Shown one piece after another: positions 12,155 through 21,962 of a stretch of 64,000 bases of DNA; the stretch's first letter is position 1; every line of letters starts with the position of its first letter. The position numbers and the translations under genes are program-made. The stretch comes from Squalus acanthias (lineage: Eukaryota). Location of the stretch: NCBI GenBank assembly GCA_030390025.1, contig CM059432.1:28026001-28090000 (forward strand). Reading direction: 5' to 3'. Below the pieces are notes generated by a model. It was given only the letters and a program-made list of their open reading frames with translations. It had not been told where the DNA came from and searched no databases.

Positions 12155-13811
12155 TAGGGGTTTTATCCTCTCTAAGTTTGATCAGTTTATTAATTATCTC
12201 CCCCTTTCTATCTTAAATGTTATGATATCTTTTTTGATCGCTTCTTCTAATGTCATGACCACCCTGTTAGTCTCCCTGGTAAATACTGCGACAAAGTAAA
12301 TATTCAATATTTCTGCTATTTCGCTGTGAGATTATTGTGTGCACCACTTAGTGTCCCTATCCCTATTCTGATTTTCCTTTTGTTTTTTTATGTGCCTGTT
12401 TCTTTTAATATTCCTGTATAATTTAATTTTGTAGATCTTCTTTGCTTTCTTAATTGTTTTTTTGACATCTTTCCTAACCTCTTCGTATTCTCTTTTGTCA
12501 TCATCTCCCTTATTGTTCATGTACTTAGTGTCTGCCTTTTTCTTTAGTTTTAATTTTGTCCTTATCTCTTTATTCATCCACAGTGTTTCATTATTGGCTA
12601 GTTAGTTTTCATATTCTGCAAACTTTCTCACTGTGGTACATCAGGAAAATTTCAAGAATACCTCTTTAATCTTATATCCTGCGTTACACATCCTTGACCA
12701 GATGCCTTCGTTATGATAAAATTTCCAAGCAACTGCCAACTCAGGAACCATTGTGTTCCACAGACCTTCTCATATCTATATTGATCCTTATAATCCTTGC
12801 TCCTGTATCTAACTAGATCTTCACTCAGTTCATTTTAAATGTGTTACAATAATTGGCTCAGCATTAACTCCATTAGCTGTCGCACATGTTGGCTGCTTTG
12901 TATTTGCTTAATTTAATACTCATGTTGTCTGGTTCTGAGCATACAGCGAAACCTTACATAACTTGCTTGCATTTACTTTTATCCATTTTTCTTCGAAAAA
13001 ACTCTGACCAACATTCCACTCTCAACCATCACTGTCAAAAACACAGTTTAACAGGTTGGTTGTTGTTTGTGGGATCTTGCTCTATACAAAAAAAACAGTG
13101 ACTGTATTTCAAAAAGTAACTAATTGGATGTGCATTTTTTACTTCATTCTCGGGAGATGAGCGTCGCTAGCAAAGGCAGCATTTATTGCCCATCCCTAGT
13201 TGCCCTTGAGAAGGTGGTGCTGAACGTTTTGGAATGCCCTGAGGAAATGATAAGGTGTGATGTAAATGAAAGTTCTTTCTACCTATCCATTCCTTTCAGC
13301 ATTTTAAAAATTTGGTGAGTCTTTCTTCATAACTTAGAGCCCCGAATCCTGGAGCCATCGTTGTTGCTCTTCTCTTGAGTATCATCAACACATCAGCCTG
13401 TCATCGTTACAATTATGTCGTGAAGAAAATGTCATATACGAAAAGCAGATATTGATTAAAGGAAATACATGTACTCTAGTGCAATCCCCTCCTATTTTTT
13501 AACATCTTGCATATTCCACTCCTATTAGAGTGCCTGCCACAAATTAAGAAGGTTGGCGCGCAACCTGCTTCCAAAGCTTTGCCAGTGCCACTCCTGTGCC
13601 AGTTGAAAGAAGGCGAGCAAGAAAAATCCCATGCTGACTTGGCCTTTGAATTTTGTTTCCCTCCCTGTAGGGCACAGGTCCTTACTTAGCACATTTCACT
13701 GAAAGCATGGGCAAATCTGACCTTGATGCGGAGATGCCGGTGTTGGACTGGGGTGGACAAAATTGAGAGGTCGCACAACACCAGGTTATAGTCCAACAGT
13801 TTTATTTGAAA

Positions 13812-13853
13812 TCACAAGCTTTCGGAGCTATCGATCGCCCCTTCCTCAGGTGA
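13812..13853 (-). ncRNA. Minimal type I hammerhead ribozyme motif (mirror copy, on the TG sense strand)
   Basis: Exact reverse complement of 13887-13928. Confidence 0.65.
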
Positions 13854-13886
13854 AGTAAAGAAATACAGACTCGGTATTTCTTTACT

Positions 13887-13928
13887 TCACCTGAGGAAGG
13901 GGCGATCGATAGCTCCGAAAGCTTGTGA
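13887..13928 (+). ncRNA. Minimal type I hammerhead ribozyme motif (PLE-type)
   Basis: tcac-CTGAGGA-a-ggggc(gatcgata)gctcc-GAAA-gc-tt-gtga: stem I tcac/gtga, CUGANGA core, stem II, GAAA, palindromic aagctt stem III. Confidence 0.65.
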
Positions 13929-15103
13929 TTTCAAATAAAACTGTTGGACTAAAATCTGACCTATCATAGTGTGGCACAATGCTTTAGAATGGCAAAGGCA
14001 CAATGTCAACACTGTGGCCTTTCCGTGGTTCACTTCTTTATTAATTGAATGATAATGGAGATTATTTAGATCCTTCCTGTGACCCAAAAGGCTACCATTT
14101 CCTGGCAGCAGTATGGAACACATCATATTGCATATGCTTGGTTCTGGCAGAAAGGATTTTATCAGCATCTCGCTGAGCAAGCATCTGTAAACCCCTGCTT
14201 ATAAAGCATCAAAGCCTTCCTTTAATGAGCTAGTCTAGTGCCTCTGCGTTGTTAATAATCAATACATATGTTTCGCCACAGGATCTGAAAGCTAGCAGCT
14301 ACGATGAGCCAAATTGAGAAATGGCAAATTGAAGAGACTATTCCAATGGGACATAGTACAATTGAAGATGTTGTTACGCAACAGGCACAGCACATGCTGT
14401 CCCTCTGGTGGGAATGAGGGAAGGTACCTGAGGGAGAGAAAAAATGCAAAGTCCATCCATTTTCCAAAGCTTAAGGCATGTGCCACCAAAAATGAAAAAT
14501 TGCAAATAGCTGCCCAAAAAATCTTGCACGTGATGCTATTCTATATAGCGGATAGGGGAATTTTAGATGAGCGCGTTAAGTCTTCATTTACTAATATCCC
14601 ATGTCGTAATTTTAGGGCCGCAGTTTCTTTTATTATCCATTCTCCAAATTAAGCAGTAGGAGCCCAGTTAGCCAATTCTGTTGACTGTAGATCAAAAGGA
14701 CTCAAAGGAGACTGTGCGGAGGAGCTACTTGGAGAATTCAGAACACATTACAATAAGGAGAATGGCAAAGTGTCTGGAGAAAGGGAGAGACTACAGATGA
14801 GTTGTAACTTTAATAAGAAACTATAGGGTAAATTCAGTCCTCACAGTGGGGAGCCATGGTCAAACAGAGATAGGGCAACAATACTGTAGTCCAGATTCTC
14901 CCACCTGCACTCCCTTTGAGCGCAGCTCCCCTTTGGGAGTATGGGAGCACTGACACATTGTGAGTCCTGAAGTTAGGCAATAACTGGACAACAAAAGAGG
15001 GCACCAAAGTTAAAGAATGAAGCAAAGGAGAATAAATTAGTGGAGTCAAAGGAATGAAGTAAAGAGAGAAGGTTGGAAAAGATGGAGTGTAGCAGAAGTC
15101 AGC

Positions 15104-15981
15104 AGGCCGTAATTTTGCCGGCGCTGGGGGCGGGTTTGGAGGTGGGACATCCAGCAAAATCGCAAAGATTGACAGCGGGTCAGAAACCCGCTGTCAACCC
15201 GCCTCCAAACAATCTTCCCAGGTGCTGGGTCCCCGATTTGCGCATGGACCCGACACCTAGCGGCGGGAAGAAGATTATAGGCACTTAACTGCTTGTTAAC
15301 AGGTTGTTAACATGCAGTTAAGAGGCTTTTTGCAATTTTAACAGGTCTACTGTGGGCTTCCCGATGTCCGGACATCACGCCAGGTAAGTGTGGCGTGCTG
15401 TGGGTCTACTGTAATGTTTGTGCACTGATGACAGCTTCAGAAGTGGTGTGAAGGATCCAATGGTATACTGGTGAGTTTCAGAGGTAAGGAAATGTTGGGC
15501 AAATCATTTTTTAAATGTATTTAGACTTTTCTGTAGGTGACAAGTTTTGAATTGTTTGTGTAGTCCCACCTCACTGGGAGAACCTCTCTCACCAGTAACA
15601 GATCACTTCTGTAACCTCACCTGCAGCTGCCTTCTGTTCTAGCCTAAGGAGTGAGTCACTAGAGAGCCTGGGTGCAAGGGCTCACCTTTGTACAGTGATT
15701 GTCAGTGTTTGCAGCACCTCAATGCTGTCAAACACTGAAAAATCAGCTGTCAAAAAAAAGTGTGCGTGGCCCCTTTAAGAAAACCGGCAGATGACGTGTC
15801 ATCAACTGATGTCATCTGACACTGGCTTCCTCTTAATTGGCCGGCAAGCTCGCAGGGCGGGCTTAACGAGGCCAATTGACGCAAAATCGCATCGGTGCGT
15901 CGGACGTCGTTGGGGGCGGGACTAGAACCCGGCAGGCAGCTGTGCTGCCCCCAAGCCGCATCGACCGGAAAAATCGTGGCG
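15104..15981. mobile_element. Harbinger-type non-autonomous element related to 821-1666 and 39944-40928
   Basis: Imperfect TIRs aggccgtaattttgccgg / ccggaaaaatcgtggcgt; shares the aactgc.tgttaac palindrome, tgtgggcttcccga and gctgtcaaacactga with 821-1666. Confidence 0.65.
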
Positions 15982-16439
15982 TGGGTGTTCCCAACTGTTT
16001 TGAGATTCACGTGTGATTTTATCAAGTCTTGAGCTTAATAAAAGATATTCCTTTACAGCTGTAAGCAATTCCGAATTCCTTCGAGATTCAGAGATGTAGG
16101 AATCAGGCAACTGTGATGCAGATAATTGCTCTCACTGTTCATTGTGAGGTTGGATAGATATTCTACCATGTCACTAAAATTACCTTTGGTGTAGTGAGTA
16201 ATTTACAGAACATTTAATGAATGGGATAGGGTGCATGACAGGTTAGATTGTACATGGTCCATGGAAGGACTGATATTGATTGGCCAAATGGCCGTTTCAT
16301 GTTTTCCGAAAGATGCTGACTCACACTGGGTACAGTGTACCTCACCTGGTTATTCTCAATATGTGACAGCTGTTAGCAGGTTATTTGATTCTGAGGCAGC
16401 TCAAAGTTGAGCCTCTATCATGTTGTCACTCGCCATCCA

Positions 16440-16526
16440 CACAAGTGTACACACCCATAAGTGTACACACAAGTATACACACAAGTACAAACACACGCAA
16501 GCACACACATACACACACACACACAC
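16440..16526. repeat. Imperfect (CA)n microsatellite
   Basis: acacaagtgtacacacc...acacacacacacacac. Confidence 0.8.
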
Positions 16527-16825
16527 TTTCCAGCAGGAGTCACTGGACAGCAATCAGGAGTCGGAACTTAGCTGATTTTCCCCTCCTTAGCCCAGGAGGG
16601 CCGAGGTCAGTTGTAGGACCTTTATTTCCTGCTGAGTAACTAACTGAATGTTAATTTGGGGCCTTCCTGGTCTGTAGGACTCAGTCACACACTGAGCGGT
16701 GAAATTACTAACTGAGTCACCATACCTTATTATGTGATCAATATTGTGTCAATCCACAAGAGGCCAATCATTTGGCAGCAAAGAACAATTTCAATCATTC
16801 TTAAAAAATATTTCGATCTCCTCAC

Positions 16826-16993
16826 CTTGATTGCTTTTGCTCTTCTAACAAGCCCATCCTCCTCTGCACTCCCGATCAGTAAGTCCACCTTGTGGAACCG
16901 GTCGCTGCTTAGGGCTGTGAGGGGGGTTTCCTGCAGGTAGATCCCATCAACTATGGGGGCCCATGACCGGAATGGCCCACTGACTGATAATAG
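16826..16993 (-). CDS. TG: Thyroglobulin coding exon (cholinesterase-like domain; equivalent to human exon 43), 168 bp, phase 0-0
   Basis: LLSVSGPFRSWAPIVDGIYLQETPLTALSSDRFHKVDLLIGSAEEDGLVRRAKAIK closely matches human TG as I recall it (LLAVSGPFHYWGPVIDG...VDLLIGSSQDDGLINRAKAVK); acceptor tccacag, donor aag|gtgagg. Confidence 0.95.
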
Positions 16994-17086
16994 CTGTGGA
17001 GTCACAAAAGAAACCAACATCCAGGTAAGAGCTCGGCCTGAATACGATCCCTTGGCATTCAAGTTATGTTATGTAATTGAATTTAC

Positions 17087-17420
17087 ATAGGAATATAGGA
17101 ATTGCTAGATGAAAAAAAGACCAAAGTCCATCTAATTGTCCTTCTACCATCTTGATAGTCACATGATACATTGATAATGAAGTTGTTGACTAATCATGGC
17201 AATCAATCTCTATCAATTAGTCTACAACAGACCCAGACATGATGTGAGGAAAACACCAGTGGTGGAGAGGTTTGGGAACCATCGGTCCAAAGGCACCTGT
17301 TCCTCCGAAACATGCAACATTTACCACGTGTCATGTCTCAAATTACTCATATACTGTATCCCAAAATATTAGTTTCTTAAAGAAATGTATCTAATTTGGA
17401 TTTAAATGAATCAATACTCT
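17087..17420 (-). mobile_element. CR1-family 3' end fragment
   Basis: Highly similar to 42730-43060, which continues into recognisable CR1 ORF2 C-terminal sequence. Confidence 0.65.
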
Positions 17421-18959
17421 AACATAGTGCCATCCATGTTTAGAACAACTGATAAGTGAAAAACATCCCCGAATACACTCCTGTGAAGGTAGATTTACAA
17501 TTCCGTGCTTGAAGCTTCATGCCAGGATTCATAAGTTCTACCCTATAATTACACTGAAAGTGCAGTGGGACATAGGTTTATCACATCTTCAGCTGCATGT
17601 CCGTCCAACATTGCATCACTTGTTCAGTAGAAAATTGTGAGAAAAATTACAGGGATGCTCCCTCATTTCTTGTGGAGTTGTTGTTGTCATGTATTGATAC
17701 TATCTGAGCTCAATCTGATCAATTGCTTTAAAATCATTTATGTGGTTGTGACAGTGACACTGAGCCACTCTTCCCCCCCCCGCACCGCGTGTTCCCCCCC
17801 GCCCAGTTTAAATTGCCATTCTTCACCCCCTCCTCCAGTTAATGCTGTTCCTCTCCGACAGTCCCCCCCAACACCCGATCATGCTGCACTCTGACCCCCC
17901 CTCCGCAGTTCATGCTGCACACTTATCCCCATTCCCCCAGATTATGGTAACACCCTCTTGGCTCTCCGCACTCAGTTCATGTTCCACCCATTTCTCCCTG
18001 CCACGTCACCGCTGTTCTCTGCTCAAAGCCACGTGACCTCAAAACCTGATTATGTGTATCTCAGTCATTGGCATGTATGCAGAGGGGTGTTCCAAGGCTC
18101 ATAAATCATTTTATTTTTTCTTTCACTATGTTGGTAAGAGATTCAGTGCTGGGGTATGGAATACTTTAGAAACAAGAACACCACTCAGCACTTTCTGGTC
18201 ATGTCAGGTACAGTTTAGATTCACAGAAATGCTCCTCCTGTGCAAACAATGGACTCGATGGGTTTTCTCGTTCATCCCCTTCTAATGTTCTTGTATACCC
18301 TTCCCAAAAATGTACCTTAACGCCAATGCCTCAAAAGAGCGCTCTACTGTGGCAGGGTATCATTTCCATTGCTCATGCCACACAACCATGCACTTTTTTT
18401 TAACTGCGTCTGAGAATTTAGGGATAAAGTTTATGATTTGGCACAGAGCTTTGCATGACAGGAGCGTTAAATTGTAAAATTTACAAATTCTACAAGTGCC
18501 AATTTGTACACAAATATGGGTTGTTTTATTTTCTGGAAACTGATTGAGGCTGTCCAGACTCATATTACTTACAATGCTTCCATTTGGCAGAGAGAGGAGA
18601 CGTTCATCCTCTCTGTCTGGGCTGGATTTGAACCTAGCAACCAGATGTACAGGGTTATTGTCCTATTTCTAATCTGCAGTGTTACCCAGTCACCATTAAA
18701 TTAAAATAAAACCTAGATTTCCTCTCTGGCTCCCATGTTTTTTTGCCCTGGCTTTCCTCCTCACCATCAGGCAACCATTCCCCTTCAGAACTTAGGATGG
18801 TACAAGCTGTAGACTTCTCCCTGAGGTGACAACAGAAAACGCTGGAAAAACTCAGCAGGCCAGGCAACATCCGTGGAGAGAGAAACAGAGTTAACGTTCC
18901 TGTTCTTGCCCCACGGAACTTATCTCTTCCTATCTTGACTCTATTTTTTCTCCCCTTGT

Positions 18960-20439
18960 CCAGTCTCTTCCCACCTACATCCGCGACTCCTCTGACGCCC
19001 TCCGCCACTTTAACAGTTTCCAGTTTCCTGGCCCCAACCGCCTCCTTTTCACCATGGACGTACAATCCCTCTACACCTCCATCCCCCACCAGGATGGCCT
19101 GAGGGCGCTCCGCTTCTTCCTTGAACAGAGGCCCAACCAGTCCCCATCCACCAGCACCCTCCTCCGCCTGGCTGAACTTGTTCTCACATTAAACAACTTC
19201 TCCTTTGACTCCACTCATTTCCTCCAAATCAAAGGTGTTGCTATGGGAACCCGCATGGGTCCTAGCTATGCCTGCCTTTTCGTGGGATATGTGGAACACT
19301 CTTTGTTCCAGTCCTACTCAGGTCACCTCCCTCACCTCATTTTCCGGTAATTGATGACTGTATCGGTGCCATTTCCTGCTCTCGCCCTGAACTAGACAAT
19401 TTCATTCACTTTGCCTCCAATTTCCATCCTTCCCTCACCTTCACATGGTCCATCTCCGACTCTTCCCTTCCCTTCCTCGACTTCTCCGTCTCCATCTCTG
19501 GGGATAGGTTATTGACCAACATTCAATACAAGCCCACTGACTCCCACAGCTACCTGGACTACACTTCCTCCCACCCCGCCTCCTGTAAGGACTCTATTCC
19601 CTTCTCCCAGTTTCTCCGTCTCTGCCGCATCTGCTCTGACGATACCACCTTCCATACCAGTGCTTCCGACATGTCTTCCTTTTTCCTCAACCGAGGATTC
19701 CCCTCTACCGTGGTCGACACGGCCCTTGACCGTGGTCGACACGGCCCTTGACCGTGTCCGTTCTATCTCCCGCACTTCTGCCCTCATCCCGGCCCCTCCC
19801 TCCCGGAACCATGATAGAGTTCCCCTTGTCCTCACCTTTCACCCCACCAGCCTCCACATTCAACGGATCATCCTCCGCCATTTCCGCCTCCTCCAACGTG
19901 ATCCCACCACCAAACATATCTTCCCCTCACCTCCCCTTTCAGCATTGCGTAGGGACCGCTCCCTCCGAGACACCCTAGTCCACTCCTCTATCACCCCCAG
20001 CACCACTTCCCCCTCGCCCGGCACCTTCCCATGCAAGCGCAGGAGATGCAACACCTGCCCTTATGCATCCCCCCTTCCCACTCTCCAGGGCCCCAAACAC
20101 CCCTTCCAGGTGAAACAGCGATTTACTTGTACTTCTTGCAATTTAGTATACTGTATTCGCTGCTCACGATGCGGTCTCCTCTACATTGGGGAGACCAAAC
20201 GCAGACTGGGTGACCGCTTTGCGGAACACCTCCATTCAGTCAGTAAGGGTGACCCTGAGCTTCCGGTCGCTTGTCATTTTAATTCACCGCTCCACGCCCA
20301 CTCAGACCTCACCGTCCTCGGCCTCTTGCATTGTTCCACGGAAGCTCAGCGTAAACTCGAGGAACAGCACCTCATCTTCCGATTAGGCACTTTACAACCT
20401 TCCGGACTCAATATCGAGTTCAACAATTTCAGATCATAA
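18960..20439 (+). pseudogene. PLE reverse transcriptase plus GIY-YIG endonuclease, disrupted
   Basis: NLVYCIRCSRCGLLYIGETKRRLGDRFAEH...EEQHLIFRLGTLQPSGLN; the YIDD motif is broken by a 1-bp loss near 19349; a 22-bp tandem duplication at 19707-19750 shifts the frame. Confidence 0.9.
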
Positions 20440-20735
20440 CCTCGGCCCCTACCACATATATATATATATATATATTTTATCCACCCTTTTGGTTTGTGCC
20501 TTTTCCCTTTTTTTTCTCTCTCTCCCCCACAGCAGCTGTCTTTCATTCTGCCAGCATTTCACACTTCACACTTCTGAGGCATCTTTTGTTTCTTAACCTG
20601 TCCTATTACCATCTCGTCTTCCCTTGAGCATCTCTTAATATCTCTACTTATCATAGACCACCCCTTTTGTTCTTTTATTCCTCCCCCCAGCCTCCCACTT
20701 GCTTTTTTATCTGTTTCATTTCCTGCTTTTTTCTC

Positions 20736-20772
20736 AGTTCTGACGAAAGGTCTTCGACCTGAAACGTTAACT
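20736..20772 (+). ncRNA. Minimal hammerhead ribozyme motif in the PLE 3' pseudo-LTR
   Basis: agtt-CTGACGA-a-aggtc(ttc)gacct-GAAA-cg-tt-aact with palindromic aacgtt stem III. Confidence 0.7.
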
Positions 20773-21533
20773 CTGTTTCTCTCTCCACGGATGTTGCCTG
20801 GCCTGCTGAGTTTTTCCAGCATTTTCTGTTGTTGTTTCAATTTTCCAGCATCCGCAGTATTTTGCTATCGTTCTCCCTGAGGTTGTTGTGTGCCAGGTTT
20901 CCCCTCTCCTGAATGCAGCAGCTTAGCACTGTACAACTTCACATTCTAGCTGCCCAGCTGAGAACGGCCAAAGCTCACCCCTGTAAGCTTTGAGCAACAG
21001 CCATCCGTGGGAGTCAAGCATGTGACCATCTCAATAGGATTTCTTCCACAGAACCACATAGTGACCACAGCCTCCAAGTACCTCATACCAAAGAAGCATA
21101 GAATGATACATCACAGGAGGAGGTCCTTCAGCCCATCGTGCCTGTGCTGGCTCTTTGAAAGAGTCCCACTCCCCTGCCCTTTTCCCATAGCCCTGCAAAT
21201 TTTTCCCCTTCAAATATCATCCATTTCCCTTTTAAAAGTTATTATTGAATCTGCTATCACCATCTTTTCAGGCAGTGCATTCCGGATCATAACAACTTGC
21301 TGAGTAAAAAACATTCTCCTCATCTTATCTCTGGTTCTTTTTCTAGTTGACATATCATAGTTGAATGGAAAACGTTCACATACCAATTCATAATGGTAGA
21401 TGTCAACACAAAAGCATAACCCAAAAATCATGATAACAGTAAGTAAGGTTTCTGGACAGGAAGTGCACGCTTATGCAAGATTATTCGTATAATATAGATA
21501 CATTAAAATAACATTTACTGCACTGTTACTGAC

Positions 21534-21698
21534 CTTGGTCTGTGCGGTGTTCAGGGTTAGTGCAGGTAGAGTACGGAGGCAGGATAAAAGCATTGTTTTG
21601 TTAAAGGTTGGACAGCCAACCTCTTTAGCCAGGTTGATTGCTTGCTCCTGTGCTCTCTTCTTACTCATCACTGCACTCGGAGACAAGGCTGATCCTCC
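21534..21698 (-). CDS. TG: Thyroglobulin coding exon (cholinesterase-like domain; equivalent to human exon 42), 165 bp, phase 0-0
   Basis: GGSALSPSAVMSKKRAQEQAINLAKEVGCPTFNKTMLLSCLRTLPALTLNTAQTK versus human as recalled GGSALSPAAVISHERAQQQAIALAKEVSCP...VSCLR...LNDAQTK; acceptor ttttcaag, donor aag|gtcagt; joins in frame to the exon at 16993. Confidence 0.95.
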
Positions 21699-21962
21699 CT
21701 TGAAAACAGGAAAGAAATTCAAAGATTAAATTAGTACTGATGCAGAATTATATCAATTTGTTAATTTTAACCAGCTTACTTCCTAGTAACCCACAGATAG
21801 GAAAAATAGCAATCAGAGTACTGTAACACTTGTCATGTCGTGTCATAGAAGATCTCCAGCTGCTACGTTATAAGCTTTAGTAATTCCCCCCAATTTCTAC
21901 GCCTATTCTCCCTGAAGCTGCTGGGGCGATGCTAAACTTTAGAAACCTGTGAGCTACTAGGA

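Larger units (their letters stand above)
10096..12600 (-). mobile_element. Degraded CR1 LINE fragment split by two MITEs
   Basis: NYRPVGLTSVVGKIME...IYLDFRKAFNKV at 10100-10426; homology continues at 11198-11261 and 12155-12600 (WMNKEIRTKLKLKKKA). Confidence 0.8.
13724..13951. mobile_element. Palindromic Penelope-like element remnant (inverted pseudo-LTR)
   Basis: Perfect 78-bp arms (13789-13866 / 13874-13951) with 7-nt loop, 65-bp unpaired extension, 11-bp TSD aaatctgacct (13713-13723, 13952-13962); contains hammerhead motifs. Confidence 0.85.
18828..20870 (+). mobile_element. 5'-truncated Penelope-like retroelement with inverted 5' terminal segment
   Basis: 13-bp TSD ttctccctgaggt (18815-18827, 20871-20883); RT motifs MDVQSLYTSI and QIKGVAMGTRMGPSYA; GIY-YIG endonuclease; 18828-18898 is an inverted copy of 3' terminal sequence. 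Confidence 0.93.

Noticed and set aside
1..16825. Next TG exon (FEES...WYYSLEHS-type peptide)
   Set aside because: Not found in the ORF track or by eye; probably outside the window.
17018..17032. Plus-strand donor cag|gtaaga next to the TG exon as an antisense exon end
   Set aside because: A single motif without a supported acceptor or start; expected by chance.
19707..19756. 22-bp tandem duplication as a programmed recoding signal
   Set aside because: Explained by slippage at accgtg microhomology in an already disrupted PLE ORF.
16826..21698. Acetylcholinesterase, neuroligin or carboxylesterase identity for the two exons
   Set aside because: GGSALSP, AQTKLL.VSGPF and DLLIGS..DGL..RAKA.K motifs and the 165/168-bp exon sizes fit thyroglobulin specifically.
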